Part shown: one piece after another, positions 45,372 to 54,300 of the stretch
Numbering within the stretch: the first letter of the stretch is position 1
How the letters are laid out: every line of letters starts with the position of its first letter
From: Pelagomonas calceolata
Taxonomy: Eukaryota
Assembly (NCBI GenBank): GCA_918797485.1
Contig: CAKKNE010000004.1
Coordinates: forward strand, 5,146,001 to 5,210,000
Length of the DNA stretch: 64,000 nt
Direction of reading: 5' to 3'
The notes under the pieces: generated by a model
Told to the model about the DNA's origin: nothing
Databases searched by the model: none
Seen by the model: only the letters and a program-made list of their open reading frames with translations
Translations under genes and position numbers: made by a program

Positions 45372-48300
45372 TTAGGCCGGGGCGGGGGCGGGTGCCGGCG
45401 CCGGCGCCGGCGCGCAGGCCTCCGCTTCGGCCTCGAGCCGCGCGGCTGCTTCGGCCTCCAGCCGCGCGGCCCGTTCGGCCTCGAGCCGCGCGGCCCGTTC
45501 GGCCTCGAGCCGCCGGAACGTCGCCGCGTCCCAGCCGAAGCGCGCGATGATGGCCTTTCGCCGGCCTTTGTCGTCGAACGTCGGTACCAAGACCTCTGCG
45601 TAGAAGTCCTCAGGAGGACACGAGCAACGCGAGTAGAGGTGGACGACCAAGTCCCCGAGAGATCGTTCCACGTCGGGAGGCGGTCGGCCGTCGTCGACCT
45701 CTCGGTTCCTGGTCCTGGGCGAGGGCTTCGGCGTCAGCGCTTGACCGCGCGCCGCGGCTTGGCTGTGAGCGAGGGAGCTCCGCCTATCCTGGGGGAGAGC
45801 CCCTGGCGTGGGCGAGGGAGACGTCATGCGCCCTCCCGCAAGAGCGGCCATTCTTTCCATCTCGAGCCTCTTTTGCTCACGACGCTCGGCCTCCTGCTCG
45901 CGCCGAGCCGCATCAAGGCGGCGTTTTCTGGCGTGCTCGAGACCCCAGGCGCGTGCTATGAACGTTGCGACGATGGCACGGATCTGGTCGCAGGTAAACT
46001 GTTCTGTGGTCGTCGCCGAGCGAACGGCAGCCACGACCGCCGAAGCGTCGAGATCGTCCGGCGGCGGCGCTTCGCAATCCTCGTAGGGTGTCCAAGTGGC
46101 ACGTTCATAGGGCGAATATCTCGAGGTTTTGGTAGATGCAGGCAGCCCGCGGACGTACGCGTCGTAGTAAAACACGACCGCCTCACTTCGTACGTCCCTG
46201 AGGCACCGCGGCGCTGCCGTCGTAGCAGGCTCAGTCTTCCTAACTCTTAAGGTGGCGCGAACATCATCAGGTCCCACGTTCAAATTGAGGCGCTCGCAGA
46301 GAGTGCGTGCCACGCCAACGACCGCGCGCCGCGCGGGGCTCGTGGTCGGCTTACCGTTCGCGTCGAGCGGTATCCGCAGTTCGACAAACGTCTCGGTGGG
46401 CGGGCGCTCTCCGCGCGCGGCGCGCGCCGCGGCCCGCGCAAAGGCAGCCCTAACTAAAGCTTGCAGGCGGCAGATCCAGACAATGCCGTCGAGAGGTTGG
46501 CGTGCAGCCCTCTTGTTCGTCGTCACGGGTACAGGCGCGATGGCCTCCTCCGTTCTGCGCCGCCACGCGAGCACTGCCTGGACGTGCGGGTGGCAGACGC
46601 GCACGCGGACGTCGCACGTCGTGCGCACGACTCGCAGCGTCGTTTCGTCCTCTCCAACGTCAATGTCGCACCGGAGCACCGCGAGGCCGCGATCCAGGTC
46701 CTCCGAGAGCGCGGCCAATGCGTCCTCAGGTAACGACACGTCCCGCTCGGCGAGCCAGTCCGCAAGATCGTCCTCGGTCGAGTAGCGGCCGCTTAGTCGT
46801 TTCGCCTCGCGGTAGGAAGGTGCCGGTGCCGGTGCCGGTCCCGGGGCGCCGACGCACTCGAGCGCCTCCGCGGGGCCTTCGACGACCGGCGATCGCTTCG
46901 TCGCCTCGAGGAATAAATGGCCCGGTAAGAGCCTGAGGAGACGCGGCGACGCTGCGATGGTCGCTGCGTCGAGTTTCATGCCGCACGCGTGTAGCAAGGT
47001 CGCGACGCGGGCGTCCGGCGCCGCCGTGCCGGTGGCGGGCGGCGCCAGGTAGTCGAACGCGACGTGGCGGCCCTTCCCCGGTGCGACCGGTGCCCTGGGT
47101 GCCTTTGGGGGTGCCTTCTTGGACGCCTTCTTGGGTGCCTTGGGCGGTGCTTTGGCCGGTGCCTCGACCGGCTCTGCCGTACCCTCTCCCAGCCCTCCAA
47201 AGCACTTGGCCAGCGCGTCGAGAGTACTTGCATCGGCCGGCTTGCCGTCGACCGTGACCGCGGCGAAGCCTCGTGGACTCACGCTTTCCTCGGCATCAGG
47301 ACTACTCGCCTCTAGTCGCTCCTTGCGCGCGGCCGCGCTCGCGCTTTCCTCGGCGACGAGCCGGTAGAGCGCCGCTCGGTCGACGCGCCGGTGCACGTCG
47401 AGCAGGTGTCGCCCCGACAGGGCACCCGTAAAAATGTCGTAGGCGCCGCCCATAATACGCCGCAAGGTCCTGGCCTGGTCATCCGACAAGTTTCTATCGA
47501 TCAGCGCCGGCACCGCCTCGGAATCGACCGCCCGCTCCGCTAGGGCCGCGACGGCGTCCACCGTTTCGCCGCTCGTCAACGGCTTCGAGCTCGAGTTGAT
47601 CCGGTCGATGAGTTCTTGGCCCTGGGCGCAGCTCATCGCCGTGTCGCCCAGCGCGATGCGTAACAAAGCCGTCCGGTCGTCGCGCTGGGACGTCACGATG
47701 AGTCGCGCCACGGCCAACAACCCAGAAGCGTTGAGCGTGCCCAAGGCCGGCGCGGGGGTCGTCGTGACCATCACGACGTCGAGCGTCGTGCGCGGCCGCG
47801 GCGCCCAGGGCTTGCCCGTGTCGTCGTCGATCAGGCGCCGCTTGAGCGCGTGCCGCCGGGCGTCGGCCGCCGTCGCCGCCGCCGTGTCCGCGTCCAGCGC
47901 GAAGCGCGGCCGGCCGCGCGGCGGGAGCGCGTCGCCAGGCGTCGCAAAGGCCGCGAGGTTCGAGTTCGTCGCGCGCACGGCCGCGGTCTCGCGCGCGGCC
48001 CTGGTGGATCGAAACGTGTGGAAGCGGCGCTGCAGCATCGTGGCCGCCCTGAACTCCGGCGAGAACGGATTGAGCGCCGCGCGCGCCAGCGCGTTGGCTC
48101 GGGCGTCGGTATCTCGCGTGGCTTCCGCAGCCGCCGTAGCGACGCTGCTCCCCGACGACTCGACGCCGGCGAGGCCCGCGAGCCCGCCGTCGAGGAAATC
48201 CCGGAACTCGTCGGGACTGACCGTGCCGCCGCCGTCCCGGTCCAGCGCCTCCGCCAGCCAGTCGATGTCCTCCTTCGACACGCCCGTCTCGCCATCCTTC

Positions 48301-50924
48301 GCGATGCCAAAGTCCTCCCGCGCCAATTTGAGGAACTGGTCGGCTTCGAGGCCGCCGCCGTCCTCGTCGCGCGCCGTGAAGAGGTCGTCGAGGGTCGCGC
48401 TAGTTTTCGCCGCCGCCGCCGCGAAGCGCTCGTGGAGCCGGTCGGCCGTCGCCGCGTCCATGGGCCTGCGCTTCCGCTTCGGCTTCACCGTGACGACGCC
48501 GCTGACGTCGGGCGCCGTCAGGTGGACGGCCTTGCGGTGCTTGCGATGGGGCTTGTGGACGGCGCCGCCGCCGGCCTCGGCCGCCCGCGCGACGAGGGAT
48601 TGGATCGCATCCCGGCGGCGCTGCAGGGCGTTCGCCGGCTCGTCGTCGCGGGGGTCCGAGTGCTCGATGAGCTTCTTGATGCGCGCGCCGGGCCGCGTCG
48701 CCGCCACCCGCAGGAGCTGCTTCGCGACCATCCAGTCGTAGGGAAGATCCACGTCGAGCGTGTAGACGCCCGCGGGCTTGCTGGCGTCGAACGGGGCACC
48801 GCGGAGCGACAGGTCCACGTTCTCGAGCTTGATGGCGCGGTTCGCGCGGCGGCTGGCGTGCAGCGCCGCGCAGACCGCGCGCGCGCCGGCCGCGCCCAGC
48901 GGGTTGCCGCACAGGTCCAGGTAGGCGAGGGCCCAGTTGTCGCGCAGGGCTTCGCCCAGGACCATGCCCGCCTTCGGGCCGAGGCCCGCGTTCGCCAGCA
49001 GGAGCCGCTCGAGCCCCCCGTGGCCGTCGACCGCGCGGCACACGGCCATGCCGCCCCGTTCGCCGAGCGACGCGTCCGAGATGTCGAGGTACTTCAGGCA
49101 CCGGTTCCACGCCAGGCCGAGCCCAATGGCCACGCCCGCCGCCGGACCGAGCGCGCACTTGCCGAGGTCGAGCTTCAGCAGCGTCGCGTTCTCTATCAGC
49201 GCCACGCCGACGGCCGCGCCGCCCCGGTAGTACTCGTCGGCGTCGTCCCCGCCCTCGGAGACGCCCTCGTGGTCGCCCTGCCATTGGTTCAGGGCCGAGT
49301 CGCCCTTCGCTATACTATTTCCCCGGAGCGACAGCTCCACGAGCTCGTCGTCGCCGCGGCCCACGGCCCACATCAGGGCGCCGCAGCCCTCCGCGTCCAG
49401 GGAGCAGTCGTCCAACCGGAGCCGCTTCAGCTGGCACTCGTCGAGGTACTCGGCGAGCGCCCGCGCAGTCTTCACCGGGATGCGGTTCCCGGACAGGTCG
49501 AGCTCCTCCAGTTGCGGCGCTTTGTAAATCGCCTTGAGCACGGCGTCGAGCCCTTTTTTAGCCAGGCGGTTGTGAGCGAGCTTCAGGGTCGTGAGCTGCA
49601 GCGACGGCATCAGGTCGTCGCAAAAGGCCTTGACCAGGTCGTCGCCCAGGCCCCGCTGGGAGAGGTCGATGTGGTGGGGATCGTGGTCGTGGCTCACGAA
49701 GACCGGCTCCGACAGGCAGCCCGGCCGCGCGTCGCACGTCCGGGCGAAGGCGTGCCGCGGCGAGTTCCAGGCCTTGTACGTGGCCGGGCCGCTCCCGACG
49801 GACGCGGCGTCGTCCGCGGCGAGCCGTGCCATGAGGTCCGCGTCGCGCGCGGCCGCGGCGTCCAGGACGGCGACCCGCCGCCGCACGCTGTTGACCATGC
49901 CGTGGTACCGTCGCTTCGCCTCGCCGCCGGCGTAGTCCTTGCGCTTGCGGCCGTCGGCGTGGCACTCCGAGGCGGCGTCGTCGGGTGTCTCGCGCACTGA
50001 GGACGCCGCGGTCGCCTCGTCGGCCGTGTCGAAGCTTGGAATGGGCGTCTTGAGGTCCGTGTACCCGAGGAACTTCTTGCGCCGCCGCAGCAAATCCCGC
50101 GCGTTGTGGCGCGGGTGCAGCTCGTCGATGCTCGTCGCGCTGTAGCGCTTGAACGTCGCCTGGCGCCCGCGAAACTGCGCGTCGGCCCGCAGCAAATCCT
50201 GGGAGAACTCGAAGTAGCGGGCCGACGGCGCCCCCGCCTCCGTTGGTGCGCTCGTGCGCGCGACGTGGGCCGTCTCGGCCTTGCGCGGGAGCGGCCGCGC
50301 GCGCGTGATCCGCCGCCGCAGCGACGCGTCGGCGGTGCGCGGCCGCCGCGGCGGCCGCTGGACCGTGTGGCGCGCCGGCGGGAGCTTGGCGTGGATTTCC
50401 GGGCCGCGCGGGACGAACCGTCGCTCCGAATAGGGCCGCGTCGCCGACAGGGGCGTGCCCGCGGCGGCCCTCGTGGCGCCCGCGGACCGCGGCCTTGTAG
50501 CTCCGGCCGAGCGAGGCCTCGCGGCGGACCTCGGCCGTGCTGCTGGTGTCCGTGGCGCCGCCTGTGGCCTCGTCGCGCCCGCGGAGCGAGGCCTCGACGG
50601 CGACTCCGTGCGCTCCCGTATCATGTCGAACCAGGCGGCCTCGCCCCGGCCCGCGCCGACCGAGCACACCGTCTCTTCACCGTCGAGAACGGAATCGTCC
50701 TCGCGCCGGAACTTGCCGACGGCGCGCCGGTGCGCGGCGGTGCGCGGCCGTTCCGGCGCGAACGGTACCACGCGCGCCGGCCGCGTCGGCGGCGTCGCGG
50801 GCGGCGGCAGCGGGAAGCGCTTGGCCCGCTTGGCGCTATTCTTCTCGACCGCTCGCATGCGCAGGTAGCGCAGCGGGGCTGCCTGGGACAGGGGCACCCA
50901 GCCATCGAGCGTGATGTCCGCCAT
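45372..50924 (-). CDS. Large RNI-like LRR protein with an EF-hand pair and IQ motif, 1850 aa
   Basis: LRRs (LEELDLSGNRI, LVELSLRGNSI, LAYLDLCGNPLG), EF-hands (DEDGGGLEADQF, DRDGGGTVSPDEF) and an IQ-like AATMLQRRFH. Confidence 0.85.
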   Translation of the reverse strand: MADITLDGWVPLSQAAPLRYLRMRAVEKNSAKRAKRFPLPPPATPPTRPARVVPFAPERPRTAAHRRAVGKFRREDDSVLDGEETVCSVGAGRGEAAWFDMIRERTESPSRPRSAGATRPQAAPRTPAARPRSAARPRSAGATRPRSAGATRAAAGTPLSATRPYSERRFVPRGPEIHAKLPPARHTVQRPPRRPRTADASLRRRITRARPLPRKAETAHVARTSAPTEAGAPSARYFEFSQDLLRADAQFRGRQATFKRYSATSIDELHPRHNARDLLRRRKKFLGYTDLKTPIPSFDTADEATAASSVRETPDDAASECHADGRKRKDYAGGEAKRRYHGMVNSVRRRVAVLDAAAARDADLMARLAADDAASVGSGPATYKAWNSPRHAFARTCDARPGCLSEPVFVSHDHDPHHIDLSQRGLGDDLVKAFCDDLMPSLQLTTLKLAHNRLAKKGLDAVLKAIYKAPQLEELDLSGNRIPVKTARALAEYLDECQLKRLRLDDCSLDAEGCGALMWAVGRGDDELVELSLRGNSIAKGDSALNQWQGDHEGVSEGGDDADEYYRGGAAVGVALIENATLLKLDLGKCALGPAAGVAIGLGLAWNRCLKYLDISDASLGERGGMAVCRAVDGHGGLERLLLANAGLGPKAGMVLGEALRDNWALAYLDLCGNPLGAAGARAVCAALHASRRANRAIKLENVDLSLRGAPFDASKPAGVYTLDVDLPYDWMVAKQLLRVAATRPGARIKKLIEHSDPRDDEPANALQRRRDAIQSLVARAAEAGGGAVHKPHRKHRKAVHLTAPDVSGVVTVKPKRKRRPMDAATADRLHERFAAAAAKTSATLDDLFTARDEDGGGLEADQFLKLAREDFGIAKDGETGVSKEDIDWLAEALDRDGGGTVSPDEFRDFLDGGLAGLAGVESSGSSVATAAAEATRDTDARANALARAALNPFSPEFRAATMLQRRFHTFRSTRAARETAAVRATNSNLAAFATPGDALPPRGRPRFALDADTAAATAADARRHALKRRLIDDDTGKPWAPRPRTTLDVVMVTTTPAPALGTLNASGLLAVARLIVTSQRDDRTALLRIALGDTAMSCAQGQELIDRINSSSKPLTSGETVDAVAALAERAVDSEAVPALIDRNLSDDQARTLRRIMGGAYDIFTGALSGRHLLDVHRRVDRAALYRLVAEESASAAARKERLEASSPDAEESVSPRGFAAVTVDGKPADASTLDALAKCFGGLGEGTAEPVEAPAKAPPKAPKKASKKAPPKAPRAPVAPGKGRHVAFDYLAPPATGTAAPDARVATLLHACGMKLDAATIAASPRLLRLLPGHLFLEATKRSPVVEGPAEALECVGAPGPAPAPAPSYREAKRLSGRYSTEDDLADWLAERDVSLPEDALAALSEDLDRGLAVLRCDIDVGEDETTLRVVRTTCDVRVRVCHPHVQAVLAWRRRTEEAIAPVPVTTNKRAARQPLDGIVWICRLQALVRAAFARAAARAARGERPPTETFVELRIPLDANGKPTTSPARRAVVGVARTLCERLNLNVGPDDVRATLRVRKTEPATTAAPRCLRDVRSEAVVFYYDAYVRGLPASTKTSRYSPYERATWTPYEDCEAPPPDDLDASAVVAAVRSATTTEQFTCDQIRAIVATFIARAWGLEHARKRRLDAARREQEAERREQKRLEMERMAALAGGRMTSPSPTPGALPQDRRSSLAHSQAAARGQALTPKPSPRTRNREVDDGRPPPDVERSLGDLVVHLYSRCSCPPEDFYAEVLVPTFDDKGRRKAIIARFGWDAATFRRLEAERAARLEAERAARLEAEAAARLEAEAEACAPAPAPAPAPAPA
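45375..45515 (-). repeat. C-terminal 24-bp tandem repeats (RLEAERAA x about 4) plus a (PA)n tail
   Basis: ttcggcctcgagccgcgcggcccg-like units, read directly. Confidence 0.8.
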
Positions 50925-51028
50925 CAGGTATGCGCAGTGCCTAGGGGCGCAGGTAGCGCAGCGCCTGGGACAGGGGCACCCAGCCCTCGAGGGTGATATC
51001 CGCCATCAGTTATGCGCGGTGCCTAGGG
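50859..51028 (-). repeat. Imperfect tandem duplication (period about 82 bp) spanning the LRR gene start codon, creating uORF 51006-50941
   Basis: Both copies read gcgcaggtagcgcagc...cctgggacaggggcacccagcc.tcgag.gtgat.tccgccatcag.tatgcgc.gtgcctaggg. Confidence 0.88.
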
Positions 51029-51207
51029 CTGCATTTTGGCTTCAATTCGCGCCGTGCGGCAGCTTCGGGCTGCACGTTTACCCAGCGTCCCGCGACTGCC
51101 AGAGAGAGCGCTGTGGCAATGCAGAGCGCTTTTGTCGGTCGAGAGAGAGGGCCTCCACTCTTCAAGGCGTCTGGAACGGAGTCCTCTGATAGGTATCACG
51201 TATTCAA

Positions 51208-51230
51208 CTAGCGGCCGTAGAGGCACTAGC
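51208..51230 (-). promoter_or_regulatory. Recurrent intergenic motif copy (minus strand gctagtgcctctacggccgctag)
   Basis: Lies in the divergent region between ATG 50924 (-) and ATG 51388 (+); variant copy. Confidence 0.45.
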
Positions 51231-51387
51231 AAGCCAAACTGAAAAGTGATTTGGACTCGGACCCCTGCCGCGGTCGTCAAGATGACTTTCGGCGTTAGTC
51301 TGGTTGCTGCTAATGATGTGATTGAACGCGCACTGCCGGCGCTGCAACAACACCTTCTGTGCTAACTGCTCAAACTCAAAAACCACC

Positions 51388-54300
51388 ATGCCCTCGTACG
51401 GAGCGCTGCACGCGGCACGCAAACAGTTGGCAGCGCAGCACTTTACCGTCGACGCCGATGCGGTAGCTTGGCTCGACGCGGAGGCGTCGTCTGACGAGAG
51501 CGTTCCGCCGCCACCGCCCCGCTCGGCGCCGCCGCGGCCGCACCGCTCGCGCACGCCGCCGCCGCCGCGCGGAGCGCCGCCGCAACCACAACCAGCGCCG
51601 CGCCGGTCGAAGAGTTCGCCGCCGCGCGCCCGGCGGCGGCCGGCGCCGCGGCCGCCGCCGGCGCCGCGCCGCCGGCTGAGCGTGGGCGAGGCGTGCCGGC
51701 GGCTCGGCGAGCGCGCCTGCGTGCGGCGCGGCCGCCTCGCGCTCGTGGGCGAGCTCTGCACGGACATCGCGGACGTGCCGGCGTTCGCGGCCGCGTGCGA
51801 GACGGTGTACCTGTCGAACAACTGCTTCGCGGCCCTCGACGGCGTACAGGCCTTCCGGCACGTCGTGCAGCTGTCGCTGACGAACAACTGCGTGCTGCAC
51901 CTCGACCGCCTCGAGCCGCTGCGGAGCTTGGAGGCGCTCGTGGTCCTGGCCCTGGAGGGGAACGGCGTCGCGGCGCTGCCGGGCTACCGGAGCCGCTGCC
52001 TCGCGACCTGCGCGGTTTCCCTACGACGGCTCGACGGCCGCGACGTGACGCCGCGGGAGCGCCGCGACGCCGCGGCCGCGGACCGGCGGGACCGGGCCGT
52101 CTGGGACGACCTGCGGCGCCTCGACGCGCGCGCGGCGCGTTTGGGCGCCTACGCCTCGTTGCGGCAGGCGCACGGCGAGCTCCGGGCCTGGTTCGCGGCG
52201 GCGCGCGGGCCCGACGGGCCGCCGCCCGGCCGCGACGTCGAGGCGCGGCTGCTCTTAAGAAGGTGGCGCGTCGGCGACCAGGGCGGATCGTTCGACGGCG
52301 TCGAGTTGCTGGCGCGGCGCGCGGGCCTGCGGCTCCGCGCGGCGACGGGCGCGCGGCCGTCGGACGCCGACGTCTTCGCCCGGGTCCACGACGGGCTGCA
52401 CCGCGCGTTCGCGGCGGCGCTCGGCCGCTGCGGCGGGCTCGCGCGGACCACGCCCGCGCTGGGCCGCGGCCGCATGCCCGTGCGCGCGCTCTGCGCCGCG
52501 GCGCAGGGCGAGGTCGCGCACGTGGCCGCCGCGCTGGCCCTCGCGCCCGCGGCGCCCGCCTCGGGCCCCGCGTCGCTGGCGGACTCGCTGCCGCCGCAGC
52601 AGCTCGAGCCCCCGTCGCCGGACAAGGCGGCCCGCGCCGCGCCGCCCTCGCCCGAGCCCGCGCCGCCGCCGCCCCGGCCACACACGCCGCCGCCCCTCGC
52701 GGCGCGGCCGCCGTCGCCGATCTACGACCGGTCGCGGTCGCCGCCGCCGCCCGCGGCCGAACCGGCGCCGGGCCCGGCCGCGCTCGCGCCGCCGGCGCCG
52801 CCGCCGCCCGCGCGACCTCGGCCGCGGCAGGCGCGGGCGCCCGCGCGACCGGCCCGGCCGCCGCGGGCAACGGCTCAGGCGCGGCCGTCGCGGGCGCAAG
52901 CGCGGCCGGCGAGGCCGTCGCGCTCCCCCGTCCGATCCGCGCCCGCGCCGCGGGCAACCGCTCAGGCTCGGCCGTCGCGGGGTGCCACGCGAGCGCCGGC
53001 GCCCGCGCGGCCGGCGAGGCCGTCGCGCTCCCCCGTGCGATCCGCGCCCGCGCCGGCCGCGCCTGCACCGACCGCGCCCGCGCCGACCGCGGCGGAGCGA
53101 AAGCGCGCGCGGTCGCCGCCGCCGCCGGTCGTCGTCGAGCCCGTCGCGCCGGCCGAACCGGAACCGGCACCGGAACCGGAACCGACGCCGCCGGCGACGC
53201 CGACGACGCGGCAGCGGCGGCGCGCCACGGCCCTCGAGAAGGAGGAGGCCCTCGCCGCGACGCTGCGGGAGCTGTCGACGCACGTGGCGAGCGTGCTCGG
53301 CGTCGACGACGCCGCGAACCGCCGGCTCTGCGACGAGGCGCCGCCCGCCGCGCCGACCGACGAGCGCATGAGCGAGCTCAAGGCCTACACTTCGCACCTC
53401 AAGAAGCGGCTGCGCGCGCTGGAGAAGGCGTCGGGCGCGGAGCGCGCGCGCGCGGAGCGGGCGGCCTTCCTCGTCGACGGCGTCGCGCGGCACCGCGGCG
53501 GCCCGGCGCCGGGCCGCGGCGGCGAGCAAGCCGTCACCGACGCGGAGAAGCGCCTGGCCGAGGTCACGGCGGCGCTGAAGCGGGCCCAGGCGCGGGCCGG
53601 CGACGCGGCCAAGGTCGCCGCGGCGCGCGACGCCGCCCGCGACGCCGCGGCCCGGGCCGCCGAGCGGCGGGCGCGCGCCGAGCGGGCCTGCGACGACGCC
53701 AAGGCCCAGGGCTGCGACGCGCGGGCCCGGCGCGCCGACGCCGAGGCCCAGCTGCTGGCGGCGTCGGAGGAGGCGACGGCGGCGCGCGGCGATGCGACGC
53801 GGTCGCTCTACGACGCGGCGGCCTACTCGTCCGACGACCGGGACTCGAGCGACGACTCGTCGGACGACGACGACTGCGTCGACCGGGCGCGGCGCGGCGC
53901 GGCCGTCGCGGCGCTCGTGGCGCAGCGCGCCGGCGTCGGCGGCGGCGCGCCGCGGCTCGCAAAGGTGCGCGCGCCGTGGCTGCTGCGGCGCATCCTGCGG
54001 CGGTGGCGGGCCGCGAAGAAGGTGAAGCCCTTCAACGCGCCGCGCCTCCGCGCCGCGCTCGAGAAGCTCCGCGAGCACGTCGACCTCGGGCGCCTCGACA
54101 AGGCCGGCGCGAAGCGGGCCGCCGCCGCGGCGCAAAGGCGGGCCTTCCGCGCGCTCCGGGCCCACCGCGCGCCGCGCGCGAAGAAGACAAAGGCGGCCGT
54201 TGCGGAGAAGCCGCCCGACGCGCGCGCGTTGTTTAGAAGGTGGCGGACGCGCGTGGCGTCGGACGCGCGGCTCCGCCGGGCGTCCGAGGCGCTCGTCGCG

